A stretch of 64,000 bases of DNA, taken from contig JAGOBM010000001.1 of the NCBI GenBank assembly GCA_017983435.1, forward strand, positions 111,916 to 175,915, read 5' to 3'. This DNA comes from Candidatus Moraniibacteriota bacterium. GTDB taxonomy: Bacteria; Patescibacteriota; Minisyncoccia; Moranbacterales; UBA1568. Both the position numbers and the translations under genes were made by a program. Below the pieces are notes generated by a model. The model saw only the letters and a program-made list of their open reading frames with translations, searched no databases and had not been told where the DNA came from. The number at the start of each line of letters is the position of its first letter. The stretch's first letter is position 1. This document shows, one piece after another, positions 38,045 to 48,724 of this stretch.

Positions 38045-38219
38045 CCAAACCCTGTCTGCCGACAGGCAGGGAAGCGAGCGAAACGAAAGTGTACTTTCGT
38101 TTTCGATCCGCCAGCTGGCGGACGGTAAAATCGGGTTAAATACCCCGTGGCTTGCCACGGAAAGTAAAACAAGCCGAGGCTTGTTTTAGTGTCCGGAGCT
38201 TGCTCCAGGGTAAATACCC
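38045..38219 (+). other. hairpin-dense non-coding segment (8 consecutive short stem-loops), candidate structured RNA
   Basis: ccctgtctgccgacaggcaggg; cgaaacgaaagtgtactttcgttttcg; ccgccagctggcgg; gggttaaataccc; ccgtggcttgccacgg; aaaacaagccgaggcttgtttt; ggagcttgctcc; gggtaaataccc. No ORF present. Confidence 0.25.
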
Positions 38220-38230
38220 GTTATATATCA

Positions 38231-38336
38231 CAGAAAAAAATCCCAGACTGCAGAAGAGCTTTTTTTGATGCACTACGCTTCCGAGCGTACAGCAAGAAAA
38301 AAATCTTCCGCAGTCTGGGATTTTTTGTGGTGTATG
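38231..38336 (+). repeat. F3 hairpin repeat element copy b
   Basis: cagaaaaaaatcccagactgcagaagag-ctttttttgatgcactacgcttccgagcgtacagcaagaaaaaaa-tcttccgcagtctgggattttttgtgg; 1-2 substitutions vs copy a. Confidence 0.85.
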
Positions 38337-38385
38337 ATTTTTTTTGTATAACATCGATGTTTCATTGGTTTTTTTCTTAGCTACG

Positions 38386-38455
38386 AAAGCAGATTTTCCC
38401 CTCACTATCGCCTCGGAAGTCTCGGGTATCATGGAAAACCTCTTCCGCAGCTAAG
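38386..38455 (-). repeat. F1 hairpin repeat element copy 8 (reverse orientation)
   Basis: cttagctacgaaagcagattttcc-[cctcactatcgcctcggaagtctcgggtatcat]-ggaaaacctcttccgcagctaag. Confidence 0.8.
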
Positions 38456-38529
38456 AAAAAGCCGAACATTTTTGGAGCTTTGCCATATCTCTCGTATGAT
38501 AGAGGGGCGGATTTTTTAAATACTTGTGT

Positions 38530-39393
38530 ATGCGGACGGTATTGATACTTGGGGCCAAAGGGATGCTCGGCCAGGCGCTCGTGCGCTGCTATGGCGAAGA
38601 TGAGGGTTATCAGGTGATCGGTTGGGATATCGAGGATATCGATGTGACGGATTTTCCTGAGGCGGAGCGGAAGATCAGAGAGGTCGCTCCCGCCGTGATA
38701 CTCAATGCTATCGCTTACAATGCGGTCGATCAGTGCGAAGAGCATGATGATGAATATCGGAAGGCATCGCTGTTGAACGCGGAAGTTCCGGAGTTTCTGG
38801 CACGTCTGGCTCAGGCCATGGAAGCGGCCTTCGTCCACTATTCGACGGACTATGTGTTTGACGGGGAGAGCGAGAGCGGCTACGCGGAGGATGCTCTGCC
38901 ACACCCGCTGTCCCGGTACGGGCAGAGCAAGCGAGAAGGAGAGGAACGAGTGATAGCTATCGGGGGCGTCTTCTATATCATCCGCCTCTCCAAACTTTTC
39001 GGCAGAGCGGCATCCTCGGCGATAGCCAAGAAAAGCTTCTTCGAGAAGATGCTCGAGGTTGCGGAAGGAAAGACTGAAGTCAGCGTGGTTGATGGAGAGA
39101 AGAGCTGCTTCACTTACGCACCGGATCTGGCACTCGCGACCAAGGTGCTGGAGCAGCATGTGGCGCCCTATGGCATCTATCACCTCGTCAATGCAGGCAC
39201 CGCGACGTGGTATGAGGCGGCACAAGAGCTCTTCCGCTTGGCTGGCGTATCGGTAGCCGTGAAGCCGGTCGCCCCCGAAGCGTTTCCTCGTCCAGCCCGG
39301 CGACCGCGCTGCTCTGAGCTTCTGAATACGAAATTCATTCCGCTCCGCCCATACACGGAAGCGCTCGAGGAATTTCTGAAACAGGAACGATAG
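38530..39393 (+). CDS. rfbD: dTDP-4-dehydrorhamnose reductase
   Basis: MRTVLILGAKGMLGQAL Rossmann, YGQSKREGE (YxxxK), RmlD-like length 288 aa. Confidence 0.8.
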   Translation: MRTVLILGAKGMLGQALVRCYGEDEGYQVIGWDIEDIDVTDFPEAERKIREVAPAVILNAIAYNAVDQCEEHDDEYRKASLLNAEVPEFLARLAQAMEAAFVHYSTDYVFDGESESGYAEDALPHPLSRYGQSKREGEERVIAIGGVFYIIRLSKLFGRAASSAIAKKSFFEKMLEVAEGKTEVSVVDGEKSCFTYAPDLALATKVLEQHVAPYGIYHLVNAGTATWYEAAQELFRLAGVSVAVKPVAPEAFPRPARRPRCSELLNTKFIPLRPYTEALEEFLKQER

Positions 39394-39497
39394 GAATGCG
39401 ATATCGATGGTATGTTTATGGCATTTTTTATGTGTTTGTCAACTATACGGGCAGGCGGTGATTTTGCTAGGATGGAATATATCTTGTTAATGATGGC

Positions 39498-40757
39498 ATG
39501 GCTATGAAGTACGATACTTTAAAGAAGGCGGACAAGCAGGTGTATGCGGCCGTGAGAGGCGAAGGGAAACGGCAGGAGGAAGGACTCGAGATGATCGCGT
39601 CGGAGAACTATGTCTCGGAGGCGGTACTCGAGGCGCTCGGGACGGTATTCACCAACAAATATTCCGAAGGCTACCCGGGCCGCCGCTACTATGGTGGACA
39701 GCAATACACGGATCAGGTCGAGACGCTCGCAATCGATCGGGTCAAGAAGCTGTTCGGTGCCGAGCATGCCAATGTGCAGCCACACTCGGGCGCGCAGGCC
39801 AATCTCGCGGTGTATGCCGCGCTTCTCAATCCGGGTGATACGGTGCTCGGTATGGATCTCTCGCATGGCGGTCATCTGACGCATGGTCATCCGGTGACGC
39901 TGCCGGCGAAGGTGTATGATTTTGTCCGTTACAAGACGGAACCGGATGGGAGCATCGATTATAAGAAGCTCGAAGCGCTCGCGAAGGAAACGAAGCCGAA
40001 GCTCATGCTGGCTGGCTTCTCATCGTATACCCGGCAGATCGATTATGAAAAATTCGTGAAGATCGGGAAGAAAGTCGGGGCACTCACAATGATGGATATG
40101 GCGCACATCGCCGGATTGGTAGCGGGCAAAGCAGTGCCGAATCCGGTCGAATATTTCGATATCGTCACCGCGACCACACACAAGACGCTGCGCGGACCTC
40201 GGGGCGGATTGATCCTTTGTCGGGAAAAATATGCCGCCGCTATCGACAAAGCGGTATTTCCGGGGACGCAGGGCGGACCGCATATGCATGTTATCGCGGC
40301 CAAAGCGGTCGCTTTTGGCGAGGCGCTCCGAGCTGATTTCAAGAAATATGCCAAGCAGACTCTCAAGAACGCGAAGGTGCTCGAGCTGGAACTCGTGAAG
40401 GAAGGCGCGCAGGTGCTGTTCGGCGGGACGGAGAATCATATGATCCTCATCGACACGGTGGCGAGCTATGGCCTCTCAGGCAAGGAGGCAGAGGAGCGGC
40501 TCGATGCGATCGGTATCACGGTGAACAAGAATGTCATCCCGGATGATCCTCGTGGTCCGCTCGATCCGTCAGGTCTGCGCATCGGCGTACCGGCGATTAC
40601 GACGCGCGGGATGAAGGAGGCTGAGACCCGACTGATCGCCCGAGCGATAGCGCGTATGCTGCAGGTCTCAGCGGATGATAAGGGATACCAGCGGATCCGA
40701 GTGGTGCTCCGCAAGGAAATCATGCAGCTCTGCAAAGCATTTCCGTTGTATAAGTGA
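39498..40757 (+). CDS. glyA: serine hydroxymethyltransferase
   Basis: 419 aa; SENYVSEAVLEALGTVFTNKYSEGYPGRRYYGG and PLP-lysine region TTTHKTLRGPRGG. Confidence 0.9.
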   Translation: MAMKYDTLKKADKQVYAAVRGEGKRQEEGLEMIASENYVSEAVLEALGTVFTNKYSEGYPGRRYYGGQQYTDQVETLAIDRVKKLFGAEHANVQPHSGAQANLAVYAALLNPGDTVLGMDLSHGGHLTHGHPVTLPAKVYDFVRYKTEPDGSIDYKKLEALAKETKPKLMLAGFSSYTRQIDYEKFVKIGKKVGALTMMDMAHIAGLVAGKAVPNPVEYFDIVTATTHKTLRGPRGGLILCREKYAAAIDKAVFPGTQGGPHMHVIAAKAVAFGEALRADFKKYAKQTLKNAKVLELELVKEGAQVLFGGTENHMILIDTVASYGLSGKEAEERLDAIGITVNKNVIPDDPRGPLDPSGLRIGVPAITTRGMKEAETRLIARAIARMLQVSADDKGYQRIRVVLRKEIMQLCKAFPLYK

Positions 40758-40773
40758 GCCCATCTTTTTGGTC

Positions 40774-40858
40774 TTTCTGGTTACGAAAGCAAATTTTTTC
40801 CTCGCTATCGGTTTAAAGCACCTCGGGCAGCAGAAAAAATCTCTTTCGTAACCAGAAA
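40774..40858 (-). repeat. F1 hairpin repeat element copy 9 (variant-2 core, reverse orientation); partial right-arm fragment of a further copy at ~40893-40925
   Basis: tttctggttacgaaagcaaattttttcc-[tcgctatcggtttaaagcacctcgggcagcag]-aaaaaatctctttcgtaaccagaaa; nearby ggaaaaatttgcttgcgtatcccgaaacag resembles the copy 1 right arm. Confidence 0.8.
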
Positions 40859-40988
40859 GCGCCCTTTATTGAGCATGAGTTATACATGAAGTGAGGAAAA
40901 ATTTGCTTGCGTATCCCGAAACAGATCACCAAAATCGATGCTTCTCTAGGAAGCTAGGCAGCTAATGAAGCTAATAAGCTATTAAAAT

Positions 40989-41777
40989 ATGAAGGGTATT
41001 ATTCTCGCGGGCGGTACCGGGACGAGGCTCCTGCCGCTCACGTCGATCATCTCGAAGCAGCTCTTGCCGGTGTATGATCGGCAGATGATCTTCTATCCGA
41101 TCAACACGCTCATCACGGCGGGCATCACGGATATCCTCATCGTCGTCTCGCCAGCCAACTCGGGGGATTATCTCAACCTACTCGGTTCGATGTTCCGGAA
41201 GCACGGCATCCAGATTTCCTTCGTCGTCCAGAAGCGGCCCGGGGGATTGCCGGAGGCCTTCATCCTCGGCGAGGATTTTCTGGATGGCGGTCCGGTCACG
41301 CTCGTGCTGGGCGACAATATCTTCGAGGATGATTTTTCTGAAGCGATACGTACCTTCGAATCAGGAGGGCGGATTTTCGCAAAAGAGGTATCTGATCCGG
41401 AGCGTTTCGGTGTGGTCGAATTTGATGCCGATGGGACCGTGCTCTCGATCGAGGAGAAACCGGCTCTCCCGAAAAGCCGCTTCGCTATCCCGGGCGTCTA
41501 TATCTTCGATGGGACCGTGTCGGCTGTCTCCAAGAGTCTGGCTCCATCGGCGCGCGGCGAGCTCGAGATCGTGGATATCCATAAACACTATCTCGGACAG
41601 GGATCGCTCGATGTCCGGCCGATCGACGGAGCCTGGTTCGATACCGGGACGCATGACGCGCTGCTTGAGGCGAGTGTCTACGCCAAAGAGAAAGGCATCG
41701 GACAGAAATTCCATCCGCTCGTGAACGAAGCCATCAAAGAGTTCAGTGCGGAATGGAAGAAACTGGTGTCGTTGTAG
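40989..41777 (+). CDS. rfbA: glucose-1-phosphate thymidylyltransferase
   Basis: MKGIILAGGTGTRLLPLT (GxGTRL nucleotidyltransferase motif), RmlA-like; 262 aa. Confidence 0.85.
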   Translation: MKGIILAGGTGTRLLPLTSIISKQLLPVYDRQMIFYPINTLITAGITDILIVVSPANSGDYLNLLGSMFRKHGIQISFVVQKRPGGLPEAFILGEDFLDGGPVTLVLGDNIFEDDFSEAIRTFESGGRIFAKEVSDPERFGVVEFDADGTVLSIEEKPALPKSRFAIPGVYIFDGTVSAVSKSLAPSARGELEIVDIHKHYLGQGSLDVRPIDGAWFDTGTHDALLEASVYAKEKGIGQKFHPLVNEAIKEFSAEWKKLVSL

Positions 41778-41971
41778 ATCCAGTCTGTTTGGCACAAAAA
41801 AAGAAAAGACCCGGAACAGAATACTGTTACGGGTCTTGCCACTCTACTCTAGCGGCGGATTTTCGGACATATTATTATAGCATATAAGACAATGAGAGTC
41901 AATATATACGAGGGGTGCTCGCGTCTAGTACAATAGGAAACGAGCAGTTTTGTCGTTAATCGGAGAAACCT

Positions 41972-42859
41972 ATGACTGAGGGGAAGCAATGGAAAGTAAA
42001 AAAAGCGATCATACCGGTAGCCGGATTCGGAACCCGTTTTCTTCCGGCGACCAAGGCGCAGCCGAAGGAGATGCTGCCGGTCGTCGATAAGCCGGTCGTC
42101 CAGTATCTGGTCGAGGAGGCCGTGGCGTCCGGGGTCGAGGAAATCATTTTCGTGACGGGCCGTGGCAAGCGGGCGATCGAGGATCATTTCGATGTCTCGT
42201 ATGAGCTCGAGGATACCCTGGTCGAGAAGAACAAGCATGACCTGCTTGCGGTCGTCCAGAAGATCTCGACCCTGGCGAAGTTCTCCTATGTCCGTCAGCC
42301 GATTCCGCTCGGCGATGGGCACGCGATCCTGCAGGCCGCACACCTCGTCGACGATGACGAATCGGTGTTGATCATCTTCGGCGACTGCATCTATGATTCT
42401 GCAGTCCCAGCATCCAAGCAGCTTATCGATGCGTACGAGCAGTTCCGGGCGCCGATCATCGGTCTTTCGGAAGTCGAGCGATCGGAAGTATCGAAATTCG
42501 GCGTAATCGATGGCGACCGGGTCGATGATGCGAATATCCGGGTCAAAGGCATCGTGGAGAAGCCGAAGCCGGAAGAAGCTCCATCGACAGCGGTGGCCGT
42601 CGGTAAATATATCATCACGCGCGAGGTGTTCGATGTGTTGGCCGGCATGGAATCCGGCAAGTCCGGCGAGATTCGATTGGCGGATGCATTTGATATCATG
42701 CTTCAGCAGGGCAAGCCGCTCTATGGGCGGATGCTCGAAGGGGAATGGCTCGATACGGGCGACAAATTCAATTTTCTCAAGACAACTATCCATTTCGGTC
42801 TCAAACATCCGGAAGTCGGAGAGAAGCTCCGAAAATTCCTGAAGGATCTCGCGTTGTAG
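41972..42859 (+). CDS. galU: UTP--glucose-1-phosphate uridylyltransferase
   Basis: KAIIPVAGFGTRFLPATKAQPKEMLPVVDKPVVQYLVEEA: canonical GalU N-terminus. Confidence 0.85.
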   Translation: MTEGKQWKVKKAIIPVAGFGTRFLPATKAQPKEMLPVVDKPVVQYLVEEAVASGVEEIIFVTGRGKRAIEDHFDVSYELEDTLVEKNKHDLLAVVQKISTLAKFSYVRQPIPLGDGHAILQAAHLVDDDESVLIIFGDCIYDSAVPASKQLIDAYEQFRAPIIGLSEVERSEVSKFGVIDGDRVDDANIRVKGIVEKPKPEEAPSTAVAVGKYIITREVFDVLAGMESGKSGEIRLADAFDIMLQQGKPLYGRMLEGEWLDTGDKFNFLKTTIHFGLKHPEVGEKLRKFLKDLAL

Positions 42860-42948
42860 CCGTGCCGGATGAAAACAAACACGTGTCATGCCAGGAGGGG
42901 TGAGGAAGCATCCTTTCTTTCAGCGCAGCGTAGGGCTGGTCTCAAATC

Positions 42949-43660
42949 TATGTACTGGATATACCTCACTTTTTTCATCCTCGCTGTGCTGACACCGCTC
43001 CTGGTAACGCGGGGTCATTTCTTCCTGCCGGAAGAGGAGGCGGAGGGCATCGTCATCATGCTGCTCGGCATGGTCAGCTTTTTCATTTATCTCGCCAAGG
43101 AGCAGACGCTCTTCCGTCTGGTCCGTGAGCGGCTCTCGCTCCAGAAGACGGCCAATACTATCCGGCGCGATCTTTCTGATTCGTATACCTATATCGGCGC
43201 GATGAACCGCAAGCAGGAAATCGTCAAGGAACTCCTGTTTGAATTGGCGGAGGCGACCGCGCGCGACAGCGATCACTGCGATCTCTGGTATCGGAAGATA
43301 CTCGAGACTGTGGCGGCGCTCTCGAAGTCGGAGGCGGTCTCACTGCGTTTCGTCGATACCGCCGCCGGTACGCTCTTGGATCATTACGAATACGGGGTGC
43401 AGGGGAATCGTCCCTTCGTCGGTTTCGTACCGGCTATTCTTCTCGATAAGGACCGGACTTTTTTCGAGCATGATGGATGCTATGTCGTCCGCTCGCCCCG
43501 GATATCGGATCAGACGGCCGCTTTTCTGGTCGTGACCAAGCAAGTCAATCATTTCGAGGACGAAGAGATTTTCAAGATGCTCGTCTCCGAAGCGCTCCTC
43601 TTCTACATCCTTTCCCAGCCGGTCTCATCCGTATCGTCTTCCTATGCGCATCGGCATTGA
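42949..43660 (+). CDS. hypothetical membrane-anchored protein
   Basis: MYWIYLTFFILAVLTPLLV... two N-terminal TM helices then a ~180-aa soluble domain; start at ATG 42949 preferred over ORF-track 42869. Confidence 0.4.
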
Positions 43661-44795
43661 CGCACGCTTCTATGGATCGCTTGGCAAGGGATTGGGGCGC
43701 TATACTGAACGGTTGATCGAATCGCTCGAGGAGCTCGACACGGCGCATGAGTTTTTCGTGTTCCTGCGGCGTGAGAATTTTGATGAATACCAGCCGAAGT
43801 CGGCGCGTTTCCAGAAAGTACTGGCTGATTATCATTGGTATGGCCTGGCGGAGCAGCTGTGCTTCCCATGGCTCCTGATGCGGTACCATCTCGCGCTCGT
43901 CCACTTCCCGCACTTCAATGTCCCGGTGCTCTATCCGGGGCGTTTCGTCGTCACGATCCATGATCTCATCCTGCTCCGCTATCCGACGGTCCGCAATACG
44001 ACCCGTCTCGCACTCGGGTATTGGCTGAAATTCGTTCTGTATCGACTTGTGATCCGGCTGGCCTGCTTCCGCGCGCGAAGCGTCATCACGGTTTCCCGAT
44101 TCACGGAATCCGATCTGCTCCGGGAGTTCCCGTTTCTGCTCGGCAAGACGCGGGTGACACTCGAGGGCGCGAATCGGAGCTGCTTCGTATCTTCTGTTGC
44201 CAAGGAGACGGAGCTGCTCGGGCGCTTCGGATTGATCAGCTCGGATACGGTGACACCGTCTCTGTCGCAGCGTGATATAATACAGCCGTATTTTCTGTAC
44301 GTTGGCAACGCGTATCCGCATAAGCATCTCGAGTCGATCGGTGAGATGGCAGCCCGCTTTCCGGAGTACCGGTTCGTCCTGGTGGGGCGGGAGGATTATT
44401 TCTATCGGCGGCTCAAGCGTTCGTTTGCGCAGCCGAATCTCCGTTTCACCGGATTCCTCTCGGACGCTGAGATATCCGTGCTCTATCGTCATGGACTTGC
44501 CTATATCTTCCCGTCGCTCTATGAAGGATTCGGACTGCCGCCGCTTGAGGCGATGAGCCATGGCCTGCCGGTGATCTCTTCCGATCGGGGATCGCTGCCG
44601 GAAGTGCTCGGCAAGGCGGCGCTCTATTTTGATCCCGAGAATCCCGATCAGTTTGCAGTAGAGATCAGCCGCATCGCGCATGATCCGTCGCTCCGAGAGC
44701 GTCTCAAAGTATCCGGGTATCGGCGCATGAGGATGTTCAGCTGGAAGCGGATGGCTGAGGAGACGCTCGCCGCGTATGAGCAGGCGATCCGATAG
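43644..44795 (+). CDS. glycosyltransferase family 4 (GT-B, GT1 clan)
   Basis: C-terminal [30 protein letters not shown] (E-x7-E GT4 motif). Confidence 0.75.
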   Translation: MRIGIDARFYGSLGKGLGRYTERLIESLEELDTAHEFFVFLRRENFDEYQPKSARFQKVLADYHWYGLAEQLCFPWLLMRYHLALVHFPHFNVPVLYPGRFVVTIHDLILLRYPTVRNTTRLALGYWLKFVLYRLVIRLACFRARSVITVSRFTESDLLREFPFLLGKTRVTLEGANRSCFVSSVAKETELLGRFGLISSDTVTPSLSQRDIIQPYFLYVGNAYPHKHLESIGEMAARFPEYRFVLVGREDYFYRRLKRSFAQPNLRFTGFLSDAEISVLYRHGLAYIFPSLYEGFGLPPLEAMSHGLPVISSDRGSLPEVLGKAALYFDPENPDQFAVEISRIAHDPSLRERLKVSGYRRMRMFSWKRMAEETLAAYEQAIR

Positions 44796-44826
44796 GCACA
44801 GAGTTCAAAAACACAAACATCTCAGC

Positions 44827-46971
44827 ATGGATAGTCTCCGCAGACAACCACAGAAGCCGATCACCGGAGCGATACGGCTCGGACCGCCACACGTGCCGGT
44901 CCGGCCGGAGCCGGTGGCTTTCACATTGGTACCGGAACGCACCCCGATACCCTCGGTGCCGCGCGGAGCGGCAGATATGCGGACCGAGGGGAGCGCTTCG
45001 CATCCGAACGGTGCCGCGGTCCGCAAGGCCAGATGGGTCATGATCGGACTGTTCATCCTGGTGATAGCGGCCGGGTATGGATGGATGGCGAAAGAGCGGG
45101 CGGAAATCATCCTGCGGGCGGGAAACGCTGGCTATGCACAGGCGCTCTCGGCGGCAGAGGCGTTCAAAGCGAAGCGTTTTGCGGATGCCGAGTTGGGATT
45201 CCGACAAGCCAGTCATGAATTCGCGGATGCGCATGCCGCACTCAATCTTTTTCCAGGATGGATGGTTGATAGTGTCCGGTTTGTGCCGGGGCTCTCGAAG
45301 GCGGCTTCGGGCAGGAATGCGATCCTGGCCGGGGAGCATATCGTCCGGGCTGGTATCTCGGTATCTCAGCTCGCGATCCGCGTGACCGAAGAGCCGGTGC
45401 CGGGGCATCATCCGCCTTCGCTGCTCGAGAAACTTGAGACAGCCCAGGTGCCGCTCGAGACGGCTGGGGGTGAGCTCGCGCTGGCGAGGGATCTCCTGGA
45501 CCGGGTCAATGTCGCTGATATTCCGGAAGAGCGGAGGGAAAAATTCGTGAAGGCGAGAGAACTCTTGCCGGTGGCGGCTGGCGCTCTGGCTGCGTTTGAG
45601 GAACGTGAGAAGATCTTTGTCGAACTGCTCGGGGGCAACGGTCCGAGGAAATACCTGTTCCTGTTTCAGAATAATCATGAGCTGCGGGCGACGGGCGGCT
45701 TCATCGGCAGCTATGCGCTGCTCAATCTGCATGACGGTATCGTCGAGCAGTTTTTCGTCGATGGAATCTTCAATCCGGATGGCCAGCTCAAGGAAAATAT
45801 CGTTCCACCGAAGCCGATACAGAAGATCAGTGCCGGTTGGAGCCTGCATGACAGCAACTGGTATCCGGATTTTCCGGTCTCGGCTGAGAAAGCGATTTTT
45901 TTCTACGAGAAGACCGGTGGTCCGACGGTCGACGGGGTGGTGACGATCACTCCGGTCATACTGGAGCGTCTGCTCGAGGTGCTCGGGCCGATCGATCTGC
46001 CGGAATACGGTGTGACCATCGATGCGAAGAATTTCATCCCGATCGTCCAGGAGCAGGTCGAAGAGAAATATGATCGGCAGGAGAATAAGCCGAAGAAGAT
46101 CCTCTCCGATTTGGCGGTGGCTATGTTTGCCCGCATGAGCGCGCTGGATGATCCGAAGCTTCTGGTCGGCATGGCGGAAGCGCTGGTGCGCGGCCTGAAT
46201 GAGAAGCACGTGCTCCTGTACGCGAGGCATGCCGGGACGGAGGAGCTGATCGATCAGGCAGGGTGGTCAGGCAAGCTGCTGCCCACCGATAAGGATTTCC
46301 TGGCAGTGGTGCACAGCAATATCAATGGCTACAAGACCGACGGGGTGATGGATGAGAGTATCCGGCACCGCTCGGATATCGCTCTCGACGGGTCGGTTGT
46401 CGATACGCTTTCGATCACACGGAAGCATCGCGGCGGCGATACCCCGTATGAGTGGTGGAACAAGGTGAATGCAGATTATCTCCGGGTCTATGTGCCGCTC
46501 GGTGCGGAACTGCTCTCAGTGAAGGGGACGACCTGGGAATTCCCCGCGGACCCGCTCGATTATGCGGCGCTCGGATTCCGTCGGGATGCGGATGTTGTGA
46601 AGGAGGAGGCGGGTCTCTCTATTCATGAGGGAAGCGGCACACGCATCGGACAAGACGGTGGTAAGACGGTGTTCGGCGCTTGGGTGTATGTCAGTCCGGG
46701 GGAGAGCGTGACCGTTGAGATGACCTATCGTCTGCCCTTTCGTCTCCATACGGATCGTCTCCGGAGCGGCCAGGCCGAACGCTTCTCAGTACTCTATCAG
46801 AAGCAGTCGGGATCTCTCGGGAGTCAGCTCCAATCGGAAATCGTCTTTCCTCCGCGCTGGAAAAGCGTTTGGCAGACGGGCGGGGATCTGATACCGTACG
46901 GACGTACAATGACGTTTGAAGGCGATCTGGCAGTCGATCATTTCATCGGCACGGCGCTGGTGCGCGAATAA
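44827..46971 (+). CDS. DUF4012-like large exported protein (cell-envelope polysaccharide associated)
   Basis: ~715 aa; Pro-rich N-terminus, TM at MIGLFILVIAAGYGW, conserved block NNHELRATGGFIGSYALL; start uncertain (44776/44827/45040). Confidence 0.45.
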   Translation: MDSLRRQPQKPITGAIRLGPPHVPVRPEPVAFTLVPERTPIPSVPRGAADMRTEGSASHPNGAAVRKARWVMIGLFILVIAAGYGWMAKERAEIILRAGNAGYAQALSAAEAFKAKRFADAELGFRQASHEFADAHAALNLFPGWMVDSVRFVPGLSKAASGRNAILAGEHIVRAGISVSQLAIRVTEEPVPGHHPPSLLEKLETAQVPLETAGGELALARDLLDRVNVADIPEERREKFVKARELLPVAAGALAAFEEREKIFVELLGGNGPRKYLFLFQNNHELRATGGFIGSYALLNLHDGIVEQFFVDGIFNPDGQLKENIVPPKPIQKISAGWSLHDSNWYPDFPVSAEKAIFFYEKTGGPTVDGVVTITPVILERLLEVLGPIDLPEYGVTIDAKNFIPIVQEQVEEKYDRQENKPKKILSDLAVAMFARMSALDDPKLLVGMAEALVRGLNEKHVLLYARHAGTEELIDQAGWSGKLLPTDKDFLAVVHSNINGYKTDGVMDESIRHRSDIALDGSVVDTLSITRKHRGGDTPYEWWNKVNADYLRVYVPLGAELLSVKGTTWEFPADPLDYAALGFRRDADVVKEEAGLSIHEGSGTRIGQDGGKTVFGAWVYVSPGESVTVEMTYRLPFRLHTDRLRSGQAERFSVLYQKQSGSLGSQLQSEIVFPPRWKSVWQTGGDLIPYGRTMTFEGDLAVDHFIGTALVRE

Positions 46972-47002
46972 TATCAGGGACACCGAAACAGAGCAGACTT
47001 CT

Positions 47003-48664
47003 ATGGTAGAGCGCATGATAGAGCGATGGCGGAGACTCGGTCTCAAGACGACCCAGACGGTGGGGGCGGCAGCTTTTATAATCTCTCTTTCGGGTATCGC
47101 GAGCCGCTTCCTCGGGTTTCTCCGTGATCGCCTGCTAGCCTCGCAGTTCGGAGCGGGTGATACGCTGGATGCCTACTACGCCGCCTTCCGTCTCCCGGAT
47201 CTCTTCTATAGTCTGATCGTGCTCGGGGCTCTGTCGGCGGCGTTCCTGCCGGTCTTCACGGAGCTTCGGACGAAAGAGCGCGAGAAGGAAGCCTGGACGC
47301 TCGCTTCGGATGTCCTCGGCCTCCTGGTGATCACGCTCGGCCTCCTCGGCCTCCTCGGGGCGGTGTATGCCAGCCAGGTCGTGACGCTGATCGCTCCGGG
47401 GTTCTCAGGCGAGAAGCGCGAGCTCGCCATCTCGCTCTCGCGTATCATGCTCTTGTCTCCGATATTCCTAGCGGTGAGCGCCGTGCTCTCCGGAGTGCTG
47501 ATGTCGTTCCGTCGTTTCATCGCCTATTCGCTCGCGCCGCTTTTTTACAATGTCGGCATCATCTTTGGCATTCTCGTGCTGGTACCGATCTGTGGTATCA
47601 GCGGTCTCGGCTGGGGCGTCGTCGTCGGGGCACTGCTCCATATGGCGACTCAGTGGCCGGCGCTCTCCGGGACCGGCATACGCCTCCGCCTCTCTCCGCT
47701 GCGGTCGCTCCGCAATCCGGAGGTGCGCCGGGTCGTCCGTCTCATGCTTCCTCGGTCGCTCAGCATGGGCGTGAGTCAGATCGGTCTCCTGGTGATGACC
47801 ATCTTCGCTTCGCTGCTCGCCTCAGGCAGTCTCGCGGCGTTCACGTTTGCGAACAATATCCAGAGCGTAGCGCTTGGTCTTTTCGGGGTCGCGTTTTCGG
47901 TGGCGGCCTTCCCGGCGCTTTCGGCGTATGCGGCCCAGAAGCAGGGCAAGGAATTCTTTGCGGTGCTCTCCGATGCGGCGCGGCGCATCCTCTTTTTCGT
48001 GCTGCCGATCTCCGCACTCATGATCGTGTTTCGAGCGCAGTTCGTCCGCGTCATTCTCGGCAGCGGGCATTTCAACTGGGAAGATACGATCGTCACCTTC
48101 AATGTGCTGGCGTGGCTTTCGGTGAGTCTGTTTGCCCAGAGCCTGATCCCGTTGTTCGCACGCGCCTTCTTTGCTCTGCAGAATACGAAGACGCCTCTCT
48201 ATATCGCTCTCGGCGCCGAGGTGTTCCATATCGCGCTCCTTCTGTTCCTCAGGCAGTCTGACTTTTTCTCCATCGAGATGCTGGCAGCCGCCTTCTCCTC
48301 TGCGACTATCGTCAATCTCCTCTTCCTCTATCTGGCACTCAAGCGGGAGGCAGTCTATTGGGATGACGCTCGGATGTTTGCTCCGGCTATGAAGATCGCG
48401 CTCGCGGCGGTCCTAGCAGGCCTCTTCGCGCAGGTATCGAAGTATGTCTTCGCACTGACGACCAATGAGCTAGATACATTTGTCGAGGTCTTCCTGCAGT
48501 TGTTCTTCGGTCTCTCGATCGGCGGGTCGGCCTATCTCGCGCTCTGTGTCTGGCTGCGAGTCGAGGAGCTTCAGGTACTCAAGCGCTTCATCTGGTGCCG
48601 CATCCTGCGTCAGCCGGAGACTCTGGCTTCAGCCGAGGACCATCCGGAGAAAGGCGAGTGGTAG
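47003..48664 (+). CDS. murJ: lipid II flippase MurJ (MviN)
   Basis: 553 aa, ~14 TM; N-terminal SRFLGFLRDRLLASQFGAGDTLDAYYAAFRLPDLFY is the MurJ signature. Confidence 0.8.
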   Translation: MVERMIERWRRLGLKTTQTVGAAAFIISLSGIASRFLGFLRDRLLASQFGAGDTLDAYYAAFRLPDLFYSLIVLGALSAAFLPVFTELRTKEREKEAWTLASDVLGLLVITLGLLGLLGAVYASQVVTLIAPGFSGEKRELAISLSRIMLLSPIFLAVSAVLSGVLMSFRRFIAYSLAPLFYNVGIIFGILVLVPICGISGLGWGVVVGALLHMATQWPALSGTGIRLRLSPLRSLRNPEVRRVVRLMLPRSLSMGVSQIGLLVMTIFASLLASGSLAAFTFANNIQSVALGLFGVAFSVAAFPALSAYAAQKQGKEFFAVLSDAARRILFFVLPISALMIVFRAQFVRVILGSGHFNWEDTIVTFNVLAWLSVSLFAQSLIPLFARAFFALQNTKTPLYIALGAEVFHIALLLFLRQSDFFSIEMLAAAFSSATIVNLLFLYLALKREAVYWDDARMFAPAMKIALAAVLAGLFAQVSKYVFALTTNELDTFVEVFLQLFFGLSIGGSAYLALCVWLRVEELQVLKRFIWCRILRQPETLASAEDHPEKGEW

Positions 48665-48724
48665 TCGGCGTTTCTTGCTTCAAATCGGTTTTTTGCGTAG
48701 TGTGAGAGAGTTATATATCAAACT

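Noticed and set aside
38150-38220. Possible RNase P RNA P4 region (GGAAAG ... GUCCGG)
   Set aside because: GGAAAG and GUCCGG are separated by an inserted hairpin, the segment is only ~175 nt, and the matching 3' P4 strand (ACAGAAyCCGGCUUA-like) is absent nearby.
41800-41835. Hairpin aagacccggaacag/ctgttacgggtctt with A-run upstream, between rfbA and galU
   Set aside because: Its orientation gives a U-run only on the minus strand where no gene is present; it may be a weak bidirectional terminator, but evidence is insufficient to call it.
43572-46230. 369- and 497-aa minus-strand ORFs antisense to the GT4 and DUF4012 genes
   Set aside because: Same antisense-artefact pattern; + strand proteins have recognisable motifs (E-x7-E, TM plus conserved block).
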